Shown here: one piece after another, positions 1 to 14,444 of the stretch
Layout of the letters: each line of letters starts with the position of its first letter
Numbering within the stretch: the first letter of the stretch is position 1
Program-made: the position numbers and the translations under genes
Source of the DNA: the human T2T-CHM13v2.0 reference genome, Homo sapiens
Strand: one strand, 5' to 3'
DNA length: 64,000 bases
Assembly: GCF_009914755.1 (NCBI RefSeq)
Contig: NC_060929.1
Notes under the pieces: generated by a model
The model's database searches: none
The model's input: the letters and a program-made list of their open reading frames with translations, nothing else
What the model was told of the DNA's origin: nothing

Positions 1-1353
1 GTTGTTGACAATATGGAGAGTGGACTGAAATCTACAACAATTTTCAAAATAAGAGCAGTAAATCTTCTCTCCAGTTCTAACCTTTGAGAGGAGAGTTCTG
101 TTCTGGGCAAAATGCCCAGCACAGAATCTGCATCAGTGTTCTCTGAAAATGGGCAAATAATATTATCCATTGATGTTAAAACGTTTAAGGAAAAATAGAC
201 CATCAGGAAAGTTTTATTATTAATTAAATGTACAAATGCATCAATTAATTTTTAACCTAACAGATTTTCTGATCACTGGTTTACAGCAAAGATTAATGAT
301 GATTCTTTGCACACAGATATTTTCTCTTACAAAAACAAAGTGAGAAAATCTAGTATCAAATGGTTCCTATTTAAAGGTTTTCAAAGAGCCTTACTTATAT
401 TACCAAGTGAAATTAAGTTAATGTTGTTATTTTCTGTTGTCAAAAGAGCAACTACTCATACAACATGTTTATTATAAAATTCAATGAAAACAAATTACAA
501 ATAAGAAAGAAAAGATGCAGATTTGTTTCGGAAATGTATTTTCATTGAATATTGTCATGCTATTTTGACATTAAGCAGTTTTATTTTACCAAGTAAATGA
601 AAATCAAGATGTTCTGAAGAAAGTAGATGCTCATGTAAAGTTGTACTACATATGTAATATACTTTGAGCAGCAAGTCAAATTTTAATATACTGAGCAGTT
701 TTTACATCCACAGCAATATTCTTTTAATGGCATATTCAAGTTTGAAATCCACAAACATCAGGAAATGCTATTTAAAAATATTTCAGGTATTTAAATAAAA
801 TAGCTTGTGGAAGAACTAAGAAAAAAAGTATTGAGTCAACATTTTTTGAATTAAGAAGACAAAAGTAAGCACCTTTACATCTAGCTAGTAGAACCACTCA
901 TCAACAGAACATGTAGTAGCTACCTATCCTTGCAATTGCTGCATTATATGAGGATAATTGAATTTTGATCTCCTGGAACTTACAATTAAAGACCAGTAAT
1001 GATGAAGAGAAATATGGGTTACTGTTGAATATTTAGGATGATATATTTTATGTCTCAATGTCCACTCTCTAAGAAAGTTATAATAAGTGTATTTTTTATA
1101 ATAACAACAGATTTCTTAGGTTAGTAATCTGTTGCTACTTGTGTTTCTATTTTTTTCAAGTGCAATTATTTCTGATCTATGTCCAAAAATTATTAAATTG
1201 ATAAATATTTTCAGTCAATGTGCCACCACTGACAAATGTGATATAAAAAAATTAAGATTGCCAAAGGCTCTTAGACTATAATTTCTTCAATAGATCTTAG
1301 AGCTAGTGAATTTATTTGGCTTTCTACTCCTGCCTTTAAAAGATTTGCCATTC

Positions 1354-2049
1354 TGGGTGATCATTAAAAAGTCGGGAAACAACAGGTGCTGGAGAGGCTG
1401 TGGAGAAATAGGAACGCTTTTATACTGTTGGTGGGAAAGTAAATTAGTTCAACCATTGTGGAAGACAGTGTGGCGATTCCTCAAGGATCTAGAACCAGAA
1501 AAACCATTTGACCCAGCAATCCCATTACCGGGTATATACCCAAAGGATTATAAATCATTCTACTCTAAAGACACATGCACACATATGTTTATTGCAGCAC
1601 TATTCACAATAGCAAAGACTTGGAAGCAACCCAAATGCCATTAATGGTAGACTGGATTAAGAAAATGTGGCACATATATACCATGAAATACTATGCAGCC
1701 ATAATAAAGGATGAGTTCATGTTGTTTGCAGGGACATGGATGAAGCTGGAAACCGTCATTCTCAGCAAACTAACACAAGAACAGAAAACCAAATACCACA
1801 TGTTCTCACTCATAAGTGGGAGTTGAACAAGGAGAACACATGGACACAGGGAGGGGAACATCAGACACTGGGGCCTGTTGTGGGGTGGGGGGATAGGGGA
1901 GGGATAGCATTAGGAGAAATACCTGATGTAGATGACGGGTTCATGGGTGCAGCAAACAACCATGGCACGTGTATACCAATGTAACACACCTGCACGTTCT
2001 GCACATATATCCCAGAAATTAAAGTGTAATAAAGACATTTTTTAAAAAT
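1354..2049 (+). mobile_element. LINE-1 3' fragment (L1PA7/8-like), 5'-truncated
   Basis: ORFs 1306-1826 translate to ORF2 C-terminus (CWRGCGEIGTLLYCWW, DPAIPL, WIKKMWHIYT). G-rich 3'UTR present. TSD gatttgccattc at 1342-1353 and 2050-2061. Confidence 0.95.
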
Positions 2050-2944
2050 GATTTGCCATTCCGGACTCCCATTATATGGATGAGGTTAGTGAGGCCTAAA
2101 GGTGTTACATGATGTGCTCGGTAGCATGATGCTGGTTAAGTTTAGTATAGTAAGATGAGAAAGATTTTTGTTTTAGTTCCAACTAGCATTGCACTCACTA
2201 CATCATGCTCTAAAACAAAAGCAAGGAAAAAAGAAGCATTACACACTATTTAATTGTGTTTTCTAATAGCAGAGCTAACAAGTAAAATTCTACCTTTACC
2301 AAAGCTTTTAAAAATGAACAGGTTGCATGTAAGAAATTTAATGCTCTTTGAGCCATATTATTCATGTAATGTTGAAACTGTTCATGGTACATCATTCACC
2401 TGGATAGAAGAAGAAAACAGATTCTTTTTGTGTGGAATTATTTGCGACAGAGCCTTATGTTGAATGAAGCATTAGTCTCACTTTCTACAATATTCCTTAT
2501 TTCATTTTATATCTATCATGAATCTTAAGTAAATATTTAACTTGTTTTTACAGTTTTTATTATGTAAAAATGCACAAAGAAATGAGGAAGAAAACCAATA
2601 AAATTATAATGAATTAGGATAAACCACTCCACAGATTGTCATATGGGGCAAAAAGTCTCATCAGAAAAACATGTAGGGATTTTGAAAAAAACCTTGCATT
2701 TCTTTTCTAATTTTTACTTTTAAATGATACTCAGACTTTTGAAAGATTTATTGGCTGACTTTTTTTGACTGTGTCAGAGGAAATGTTCCTTGTAATGATA
2801 AATAATATTTGCCATCTTTTAAATACATCCTATGTCCTTAATACTATAGCATTGAGACTGCCCTAAACCATAGTAAATAGCTTTAGTGTTTCATCCTTGT
2901 CTTTAGATTTTATTAAGAATATGTCATATGTATAAGATTAATCA

Positions 2945-3246
<302 letters not shown>

Positions 3247-4004
3247 AAGATTAATCCAACAAAATATTCTTGTAGAGAAATATAGAATATGAGGGAAAAT
3301 TCTTTTTTGTAAGAATAAGAACATAGTTGGTTGTATACCTGCCATCTTATTTGAACACAATATTTCAATATGAGAAAAGCATGTGGAAATAGGGCCAATA
3401 GTTTCTCTTCTGTGAAGGATAACGTGCATGCTTTCTATTTTAAATTTTAAATGTTATGCTGTTATATAGAATTTTCTCTTTTTCATTTATCCCTGATATT
3501 TAGAAAGCAGGGACGGAATTATTATAATTATTCATAATTACATCTTTTAAAAATTATTCTAAAAAATGTTCAGATAACTATTTAAAGTCCCACTCCCTAT
3601 TTTAAGCCTCACCCACATGTGATTATCTTCCTGAGGTTAGCCCATTTTCTCATTTACAATAGAAGCAATATTTGAAAACAACCATGAACCAGATCCCATT
3701 CCACAATACTTTAAGAAGACATTAGTATTTTATTGAAGTACTAAAGGGAGATTCAGCCATGAGGCAAAACTTCATAAAAATCACATTTATACTTCTGTAT
3801 TCTCTACTTACTACCCAGATTTCCCTTGCCCCCAAAACTACCTCATCCCCCACCTCCCATCTCCCAGTTTGGTGTAGAGGGTGGATGCAAGGACAGAGAG
3901 TAGGAAGTGTGAGAAGCTCTCAATGTCATGTGCCCACTGAAACTGCTCCACAGAGGGAGCGAGCTTGGCAGTTTGTAAATTGCATCTTACAATGATATGG
4001 ACAA

Positions 4005-4165
4005 GGGTTCAAATCCCAGTCCTGGACATTATCAGTACTAGGACCTTCAGAATGTATTTCATCGGTGTCAATTTCTTTCTTTCTTTTTTTTTTTTTTTGA
4101 GTATTGTAAAACTGGTATGAAGATTAAATGAGATGAGGACGATAAAGTGCTCAGCATATGTTAGA
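4005..4165 (+). mobile_element. MIR remnant
   Basis: gggttcaaatcccag and gattaaatgagatga...aagtgctcagca MIR motifs. Confidence 0.55.
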
Positions 4166-4889
4166 CTTTCAACGTAAGTTAGTTTCTTTCCCCATTTAGA
4201 TGGCAGCAAGCAGATCTCTTTTTTTCTCTACATCCTGAAGGTACTTGTTTCCTGATCCTTCTTGAGAAGTGTGTTGTGGCCCTTTACTCTTTCTCTGGTC
4301 TCAACGAATAAGCTTCTTACTCATCTTGCAGATTCTGTGCCAGTGAGGGCTGACTGCATTCAGCCCTCCAACACAAATGCAGAAATGTTATCCCCTGCCC
4401 TATAGTGCCAGACAAATATTTAAGAGTCATAACATAATGAAATTGAAGTTTTAAGCATTTGGCATTCCCAGTCAATTAGGAATTAGGAGTTGAGTGAATA
4501 TAATTTACAAGTCATTCAACAGTGTCTGGGAATATGGTAATAGCAAAGTTAGTGGTTTTCATTTGTCCTAATTTTATTCCATCAGTTATAAAATCCAAGA
4601 GAAAGTTTAATGCAAACAGGTCTATTCTGCCCTGTCTTTTCTTTCATATGTGTACTTTTTATAGTGGAGCATTTCTCTGTTTATTTGTTTGTTTGTTTCT
4701 TATTAGCATTTATTTCCACTTATTCTTATCAAGACATTCACTTTTCCTTCTGGAGATTCACTTCTCCCTCCCTCTAAATTCATAGATTTCAGTGATGCAA
4801 ATTCCACCCATGTATCTAAGAGCTGGTCATTTAAAGAATTATTGCACTACAGAAGCCACCATGGTTGATTCAGGGATAGGCATGTTATC

Positions 4890-5240
4890 TAAGAAGAGCT
4901 ACTATAACTGTTGTAGGGCTAGAAGAAAAAAAATCAGCCTACGAGTCTGGCTTCTCTTGCTTAGCATAACGCTTTATTCATGCGGTCTACCCTGAGAAGA
5001 TAGGAAGCTGGAGATGTGCTGGCAACTTTTTTGCCATGGAATAAAGACAGAACACAAATTTAAACAATGAAAGACATTAAAATTCAACCCCAATGGCATT
5101 GTTTAAAGTCTTGGATCAAGTTGTCCGTGAGGCTGCCACTTGACTTTTTTTGTGAGCCAGTAAATTACTCTTGTTTTTCCTTAAACCAATTTTAGTTGGA
5201 TTTTCACAACTTATGGCATAGACATTCTTAATTAATACTT
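4890..5240 (+). mobile_element. Old MaLR LTR remnant (MLT1-type)
   Basis: 3' end resembles MLT1 (gtgagccagtaaattactc...ttaaaccaattttagttggatttt...ttaattaatac). Boundaries approximate. Confidence 0.45.
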
Positions 5241-8200
5241 TCCTATCTCAATTTTTCTTGTGTGAATAGTGATTTCCAATTCGTATTTTTCTGCTCTATT
5301 CTTTTAATTTTTTTCTCTTCTTGGCTCATGTACCATTTTCCTCCCTCTTTGTTACTTCACAGTTTTAACTTGAATAACATTATGAAAACAGACCAATATG
5401 AACCAAAAAAACTGTAAAAATCATTTATTTATGATGTATTTCCTTCCTTGAGGTATTACTTGCCCTTTATATCTGACGTTCCTTCAAGGCCTTTAATTAA
5501 TTTCTACCAAGCTTCTTATGGGACCCGGCATGGTACCATGCACCCCATATGCACTCAAAGTATTAATTGGAAATAATGACAATGATCAACCTCATGAAAC
5601 ATTTTTAACTCTGTCCTTGTTCACCTGGCAAGCTGTGAACATGAAAGATGGGCAGAGAACTAGCCACCAGGAAGCAGAATTAATGAGCAGGGACAATGTC
5701 TAATTCTATATATTTTTAATCACATCTATTACAGTTAGCACTCAATTTAAATTAATAACATTAAGAGCAGAATTGGCAGTTCCCTTGTAAGATAAGTCAG
5801 TGGGCTCCATCCTAATAGGCCATGAACCATTAGGTCATGAAAGCCGTATTTTTATTTGTTCTTTTTTTCCACTTTCGCTTTACACATAGATGTTCTGAAG
5901 AATTCTTTTAAATACTCTAGAATAATCACCATATTCTCATTCCTTGATGCCTTTCAAAAGCAGGTCACATATTTGATTCTCTTCTAGGGCATTTAATTTG
6001 GATTTATAAAGTCATTTTCATATACCCTCCACCAACCATCTGTAGTTTTATTGTGAGAGGCTTCTCATCTCTCTGAGATACTCCTTCACTTGCAGAAATG
6101 TGAACCAGGAACAAGCCAATGGGGTGAAAGGGAGTGTGCAAAGTGTGGACGTGGCATACAAAACTTTCCAGGATCCGTCTGAGGGCTCGGAGTGGGGATC
6201 AGCTAAATCTTTTGTTTTTTCCTTTTCTCTTTCAGTCTTTGACAAAGCGTTTAAATGCGCATGAGGGATAAAAGTAGTAACAGAGCTTCTTTCTTATCTT
6301 AAGTGGGTTGTCACAAGGAGATCGGGGGAGATGAGATCTGCTTGGATTTTCTTAAATTCTACTTCAGATCTTAATTTTCTACACTCCCCTTCCCTAGGCC
6401 AGTTCCACTGATGTGAATTACTCAATATAACAAAGATTTCTTCTTTACTGTATTCTGTATTACCAAATTATGCTTGTTTAAACAAAGAAATCACACAGAT
6501 ATATGGAAAAGAAAGACCAGAATAAAATATGCCAGATTATACATTTGGTTTCTCACCATGCTAAGCTGGGTAATAGTTATTCTTGAAAATTTACTCACTA
6601 CTTTCTATGTGTCTATATTTAGTAAGCATAAATTACTTTTTCATGATAATCAAAATTGAAAGAAGAAAACACAATTTTCTCTCTGGTTTTCCAATATCTT
6701 TCTTTTGTGTCGTAAGATTTCTAAATGAGTGTGATCAAGTTACACACAGAATGTTTTCCTGAATTAACTATAAGAATAGCACAGAGAAAAAAAATCGGTT
6801 TAAAGTTACAATAATGTTACATTGCTCTCTGCTAAAGCTATGACTTTTTTCTTTTTATCAAATAAACTTGATAAAAATAAACATTTTTCCATATCAAATG
6901 AAGTTTATTTATGTGAAACAAGCCTTGGGCACGGCAGAAAAGGAGTAAGACATAGAAATAAAGTAAGAATTTTAGAGTGTAGGAGATTCCTAAAAAGTGA
7001 AAGGATGAGACCTCATTTCCCTTAGAGACAAAAAAGCAAAAGGTGGGAAATGAGAAAGATTGCAATTTTCTAGTGAAACATAGAATAAACTACACCCTCT
7101 TTTTTTTTTTAACTGAAATGCACAAAGGAGAAAATAACAGTTTATATTTGGCTACTAAGAAGGAGAAAAGCAAAATAGAATTCAAGCAAACTAATATCCT
7201 TGCTCAATTATTTCTCCTTTGAAAAGAATAAAGTAGGTAGGTACTTCCTCTCTGCAGTGAATTATAAAACGTAGTAATACCGTACAATCTGATCGACATA
7301 CAGAAGTATGATAAAAAATACAATTGATCTATGTAAACATACATCGTATCTTTAACTGCTTTGTTAAGATAAGCATTCTAGTGAATCAACCCTTGCTAAA
7401 GAACACATCAGTCTGTATTGGTTGAAGTTGTGCTGAAATAACAACGTGCATTTGACATTAGCCACCTGAAATGATAGAATGTTTTATTTTTTATTCTTAA
7501 ACAGTTTTTGTTGGTTAATAGCATTACCTCACAGAAGCACATATCACATCATAAAAAATCCCAGAAAAATTTGTATTCTGAAAAAGAAGCAAACAACGCA
7601 AATCTTATTTGATGATTTTTTTTAACCTTTGTTATAGAGAAAGGCTTTCATGACTCTTTATTTAAGCTGTAGGAAAAATATTACTCCTAGCTTCCTAGTT
7701 TTAGAAAATGGAATCTAAATCTAAAGCAAGTAAGATCTATTAATGATAGTAATATATAACGGTGAGGCCAACTGATTAAAAAAGCTCCTTTTCATTTATC
7801 ATAAGATATATTGACACTCTACTTTAATCCTTGGTATACACATAGGAAGTTACTATAAGACACTTTAGACATATGTAAGCCTAACTCTTATGTTTTTAAG
7901 CTCTTGTTACTACAGTAATGAAGTTCAAATACATCAAATAGGAAAGATCAGTCACAAGCTTACAGACTTAGAAGTTTCTCTGCTAGGAGCAGGGACTGGA
8001 CTTGCAGGGATACTTTATTACTGGTCTGTAGGAGGACTCTCCTCTGAAAAAGGATGAAATGTTAGACTCCTCTTTCTTTCATGTATTAAGGTAAAGGAAC
8101 CATTTCAGTGAACCATGGAGTAAGTGACTATCCCCTATAGGTCACTAAAATTTAAACATCCCTGTGCTAGCGATCCTGGTCACTTTTGAGCTTTCAGTTT

Positions 8201-9599
8201 CTTAAAAATTGAATGCATTAACATATTATGCCTTAGTAACAACAACAAGAAAAAGAAAAGAAAAAAAGGCTGTTTGCATTGCTCCTGAGACAAAAAGGAC
8301 AACTCCATACTTAAATATGTCTTTAAAACAGACTGGTAGTGGCTGAAGGAACTACTGCTAATCAGGAATGTTCTTTGGGGTTTTTTTTTTTTTTTTCCTT
8401 TCTAAAAGCCACATCAACCATCAGTTATGCTATTAATATTCATGATATTAAGAAAATAATCAGGTTACTCAAAGTACCTATTATACACCACTCTGATTCT
8501 TTGGTAGGAGAAGGTAAAAACACCTTCTTTTGTGATAGGCACATTTGTGAATTATGAATAGAAATTGTTAGCAAAGAATGAGAAATGTAGGGAAGAGAAG
8601 GAAACTTTTCCATTTGTGCTTTTAAAAAGAATTTCTGAGCCCCCTCTTTTTGTTTTATCCTGACACATCAATCAGGAAATGTGATTATAATTCAGAAAGA
8701 ATTAGACACTTAACCATATACTTAAGTAAGAGGTTTGACTGGGCCACTGGCTTTGAGGTTCAAGTGGCAGTTACAAAATCAAAATCAGGAGACAGAAAGA
8801 ACAAGGTTACCATTACAGCGGGCACTGAGAGACTCACACAAGTGCCCGAGGGGAGTTAATATGGTTAAGGTTACCCATGTTTTGCACCATCTCATAAAAC
8901 ATTCTGTCTTGAGTATTACTTCTATTTACAAGAATGGGCTAATTCATTTATGTCAAATGTGGCTTTTGGATATTCAATTTTTTTTAATGTCACCAAAATT
9001 ATCTCAGAGGAGCAGCTCTGACAGGTCAATCATTGCAGATGGTAAGTGCTTTGTTAATTATACAGAAATTTAGAAACCACTGTAGAATGTCTTGCCTCAG
9101 GAGAAATTTCTCTCTTCCTGTTTGAGAGCTGCTTCCCTCTACAGAATTAATTTTATGTTTGTGAACAGATAACAATCTCTGCCGCATGGCAGAAATAACT
9201 CCTTGTTCCTTGCTCAAATATGCAAGTGTAAATAAGCAGAGAATATCACAAATAAACAATGCCATTCTTTTTTAAATAATGCAGTGTGTGTAATTAAGAG
9301 TATGCAATTACAGCAGTGTACAGCTCTCAGTGTAACAATTAGGTTTTCAGTAAAATGTAATTTGTTCCAATGTAAATGTTTTTCCTCAATTCAGAAGATT
9401 CCCTTGAGTTGTTTCAATAAGCATATTTCTGCAAGTACATGGAGTTGTGCACTATGTTCCAATCTACAAATCAAAGAGGACAGCTATATCATAATAAGCT
9501 ACTGAAATTGTCAAAGTATGAGCATTCCAGTGCTATCTTGAGATAGCAAAGCAGAAGTGGCCACTTTCTGGGAACTGTTGACATACAGGGTGCAAAAGT

Positions 9600-10078
9600 G
9601 GGGGATTGTAAAATATGACTTATTCCTGTATACATGCCCCTTTCAGATGTGACTTTGCCACTCCTTTCATAAAGAGAGGTAATCCTTCAATCTCTGCCGG
9701 CCTTGTGGTTTTCTTTGACCATGTAAGAGATGTGTAAGAGACATTATTTGATGTCCAAGGCTAGGCTTTAAAAGACTTTGTTGGAATGTGGCATGAGACT
9801 GTCATGTAAAGAAGCCAGACTAGACTATGGAGGAGGAGAGGCAAGGAGGGGAAGAAGCGAGGCCACAGTGACAGTCGACACCAAGTGCCAGACACACGAG
9901 TGAGGCCTGTTGGGTCTTCCAGCCTCACTGACTGCTAGCTGAATTCAGCCAAGTGAGTGAGCCCCAGTGAAATCTATAGACGAATTATCTAGACAACTAA
10001 TAGAAGTGAAAGAAACAATTTTTGTTTTAGCCTCCAAATTTTAGCCTGGTTTGCTACACAGCAAAAGCTAACAAAAAT
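9600..10078 (+). mobile_element. MaLR LTR (MLT1F/G/H-like)
   Basis: gtgactttgccactcct, gtgagtgagcccca and terminal ggtttgctacacagcaaaagctaac are typical of MLT1. Confidence 0.7.
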
Positions 10079-10842
10079 AGTTCTTCTAGTGTTTGGTGCT
10101 ACCGTTTTATCAATTTTGTTTCCCCAGAAACTTAGACAATTTGTAGTTTCCTCTCAATTCTGATGCATGACAATATTATCATATTTTTAATAAAAAAAGA
10201 AAAGTAAGAAAACAGAATTTAGTACATTAAACCTTAAAGTAAATTGGATTTTAGACCATCTAGTTTGAGAGTTTGAAAAGTGTGCTTCTTGGATTACTGT
10301 GCTGGGGAACATGAGGAAATTCTGAAGTGGTGATGGTGGAGGGGGATGGTCTGGATTTCCCATATTTGCCTCCCTCATGCCAGCCCCATTTTTATTTATT
10401 GCACTCCCATGTGCAAAAATAATCCCAGAGACAAAAAGTGTAAACCCACCGCAGGCCAAGCATTGTATGTTCCAGAGGAGTATATTAAGGCTCAGTGTTA
10501 TAATGTATCCAGTTATAATAAAATACCTCATCATAATGATGGTACTGTGCCTGCTGCACCATGAGTGGTAATTAAGTCCCTTCATGATCTGACTCCTATC
10601 TACTCCTTAGCTTCCTGTCTGTCTCAGATTCATGGGCCATTAGACTCCAACCCTGAACATTTCCTTCCCCTGACTCAAACATGGAGCTCTGCCATCATGC
10701 AAAAGGCTCTTCCTCCCCACCTCCCAGCCACAGAACGCGATATACTGCTGCACACTGTCTCCATCATCTCTATCAGGAAACCTTCCAAGGACCACGCGCC
10801 TCCCCATCAACCCAGGCCTTGTTGGCTGTCCTCTTCAATATT

Positions 10843-11184
10843 TATTTCTTTTCTTTCTTTTCTTTTCTTTTCTTTTCATTTTTTTTTTTTTTTTTTAGAC
10901 AGAGTTTCACTCTTGTTGCCCAGGCTGGAGTGCAATGGTGCAGCGTGATCTCGGCTCACTGCAACCTCAGCCTCCCAGGTTGAAGTGATTCTCCTGCCTC
11001 AGCCTCCTGAGTAGCTTGGGTTACAGGTATACACACACCATCACACCCAGCTAATTTTACTGTCAGTAGAAATGAGGTTTCACCACGTTGGCTAGGCTGG
11101 TCTCGAACTCCTGACCTCAGGTGATCCACTCTCCTCAGCCTCCCAAAGTGCAGGGATTACAAGCATGAGCCAGTGTGCCCAGCC
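10843..11184 (-). mobile_element. Alu (AluS)
   Basis: T-rich tail followed by reverse-complement Alu ending gagccagtgtgcccagcc. Confidence 0.96.
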
Positions 11185-11459
11185 CTTGTCAATATTTCTG
11201 TCACGTGCAGGGTGTACTAGCCTTGAATCTGCTTTTCTATGGTCAAATACTACAAGGATTTGAGAGTAAAAAAACAGGACAAATTCATCTTTGTATCCCT
11301 GGGCTCTAGCATAAATAGAAGACATGCAACAAATGCAGGTGAGAGATGAATCAAACAATAAAATTAGTAAACTGAACAAGTGAGTTTTCTTTTAACTCAT
11401 CAAATAAAAGATTAGCTAAAAACTACTAGTGTTGGTAGTTCATTTTCCTTTTCTTTCTT

Positions 11460-11545
11460 TTCTTTTTTTTTTTTTTGTGGCTGCATAGTATTCTATGGTG
11501 TGTAGGTACCACATTTTCTTTATCCAGTCAACCACTCATGAACAC
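11460..11545 (-). mobile_element. Short L1 3'-region fragment
   Basis: tggctgcatagtattctatggtgtgtaggtaccacattttctttatccagtc matches L1 antisense. Confidence 0.75.
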
Positions 11546-11569
11546 TTCTAGTATTCTTCTATCCCAGTG

Positions 11570-11930
11570 TTTGGCAATGCCATATAACCAGCTGCCCATA
11601 CAGGAACAAACTTGAGTTTTGTTCCTGACTTCCTCTCTTAGCCATGACATTCAGGTAAACTATAAGGCTAGTCGGCTCTCCCTAGTATCTGTAGAATTCA
11701 TCAAGCCCTCTGTAGACCCATGACTTCATTGCTTGGTTCATTGGTTGATGATCATCTTTTGTCTGAATCATTCTGAAGCCCCCTTACTAGGCTTCTTGCC
11801 TCTGTCCTTTATAATTAATAATCTACATCACAACAAAAATAATTTTTCTGAAAAACACAGCTGATTATGCCACTCTCATTGCTGGAAAACTTTCAATGGC
11901 TGGAAGATCAAGTTTAAACCTTGATATGGA
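11570..11930 (+). mobile_element. L2 remnant
   Basis: Degenerate L2 motifs (ctgattatgccactctc...aaaactttcaatggc). Boundaries approximate. Confidence 0.5.
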
Positions 11931-12004
11931 AAAGAATGAACTCTGTTTATCCATCCTCCCTGTACCTCACCACATAGTCTTATCCAGTCACATACAGTTA
12001 CTGA

Positions 12005-12640
12005 GAATTCATTCATTTATTTATTTGCGTATTTATTTATACCTTCATACCCTAGTGTTTTTGTGTGCTCGGTGCTGTTTTAGTTGCTGTGAATTTTTCA
12101 TTTAAGAAGATAGAAACATTTTCCTCTTCTCGTGACATTTTCCTGCCTTATGTAATAAGGAGGCAAACAAGTAAACAAACCCATGCAATCATATCAAACA
12201 GTGAGGGATGGATGAGTCTGAGTGCCATTTTAACCAGAATGATAAGGGGAGTCCTCTATAAGGTAGTATTTGAGCAGAAATTTGAATGAGAAGGACTGAG
12301 CCATGCAAATGTAGGGGAACATGGCATTCCAAGAGGGGGAGAAAAATGAGTCCCAAGACTTGGAGGCAAGTCCAGGCCAGGAGGAAGGATTTTATGGGTA
12401 GAGCATACTGAGCAAGAAGCAGAGTCATGGTAGCTGGGACTGCAAGGAAGGTGAGGGACAGGCCTTTTACACCAAATGAAATAAGGGCCTTTTACACCAA
12501 ATGTAGTAAGAAGACTCATAAGATTTTAACCAAGGGAGGACAATAAGAAGTATACCTTTCAAAAGATCCTTCTGGCTGCTCTGTGAAATATAGATCTAGA
12601 AGGTGCAATATTAGACGTAAGTCACTTAGGAGGCTGGAAT
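12005..12640 (-). mobile_element. L2 remnant
   Basis: cattcatttatt start, atttgagcagaaatttgaatgag and aagatccttctggctgctctgtg are L2 antisense motifs. Confidence 0.65.
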
Positions 12641-12870
12641 ATTTCAGTTATTTTGCATAATTTCACCAGCTTAAAAATGTTGTAAAAGAAAACTGATTTT
12701 TGGAAGTGGAAGATCTGAGTTCAAATCCTGGTAGTGATTTCTACCATATGCTCTTGGGTCCATTGTTTCCTAGCTGAGATCAATGAAGTCTTCACTTATG
12801 AAATGATTATAATTCAGTTTTAACAGGAATAAATGATTAAGTTAAAAAAATGCATTAAAAACTACAAGGT

Positions 12871-13167
<297 letters not shown>

Positions 13168-13349
13168 CTACAATGCATTAACTATTAGCTATTAGTTATA
13201 TGACTAAAACCAATATTGTCCACTTTAAAGCTGCTACTTTGCTACATTTTTTACTCAAAATTTCCATGAATTTAAGTTTTGGCAATAGACACACTCCCAC
13301 TAACATAAATTTGAGTAGTTCTCACTACACCACAACACTAAACTCTTCA

Positions 13350-13645
13350 CCAAAGGGCACAGAATTTCAGTCAGCTGGAAGAAATAAGCTTTAGTGATCT
13401 ATTGCAAAGAATGGCGACTATAAAAATTATGCATTGCATATTTGAAAACTGCTAAAAGAGTAGCTTTTAAATGTTTTAACAAGAAAAGATAATAAGAATG
13501 TGAGGTGATAGATTTGTTAATTAGCTTATTTAATCATTCCGCAATGTAAACACACATCAAGACATCACCTGGTGCTCCATAAATATATAATATATACAAT
13601 CACTACGTTTCAATTAAAAATAAAATAAAAAATAAGAAAAAAAAG
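13350..13645 (+). mobile_element. Old L1 3' end (L1MA-like)
   Basis: gaaaactgctaaaagagtag, tgtgaggtgatagatttgttaattagctt and an A-rich tail. Confidence 0.8.
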
Positions 13646-14444
13646 TAAATTGAAAAGGTCTTCCTGGTCTTACTTTACTGGAAAGCAGAGAGAATAAATG
13701 GAAACTATCCCTGTAAGCAGAAAAACCCTTTCGAAAAGTAAACTGCCATTTTCAGCCTCTGGCCTGTGTAGCTTTTAAAAATATTAGGCCATTCGGCAAC
13801 TATATGCTTAGGTAACATGAATGAGAAAATGGTAAAAAGAAACATGGTCCTTGGCTCCTAAGCCATACACAATGAGTAAAAGAGGAGGCAATTACTCCTA
13901 AGGCTATGTAAGAGAAGATAATACATGCTCTAATGTGAGAAAGAAAGTGTAATTGATGGGTGAAGGGATAATACTTGCTTTAACAGGTGTCTTGAAGGGT
14001 GAAGAGAACTGGAATATGTGGAAAAGGATGTGTGTGTGGCAGGTAGATATATTCTTGGATGAGAGTGACAGTAGGAACAAAGGCATGGAGGCAAGGTTTT
14101 CACAGCAAATAGTGGCCAAGAACTTTGGGAGAAAAAAGTGCATGTTGGAAAATAATGAAAAAGAAAGTTGGCAAAGTAGGCCTGGGCTAACATGTATATA
14201 AGCCCCGAATAATAAGCTGAAGATTTTTGACCTAATTTTGTATCTGATGAAGAGGCACCGACTAGCAATTTTTGAGGAATGAAGAGATATTGGGAAGGAA
14301 TCCTGAGTCAGAAGTTCAGGATAGGCAATATATGAAATAGAGCTTTATAGGCACTGTATAGTAATATTTAAGTGATCAGGGTATGTGTGTCACTGAACAA
14401 TATTCAGTTATCAAGTTCATTTGAGGACTATATTTATTCCAAGT

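Noticed and set aside
6085-6185. + strand acceptor followed by Cys-containing frame KCEPGTSQWGERECAKCGRGIQ
   Set aside because: It ends in a stop with no convincing donor and no recognisable domain.
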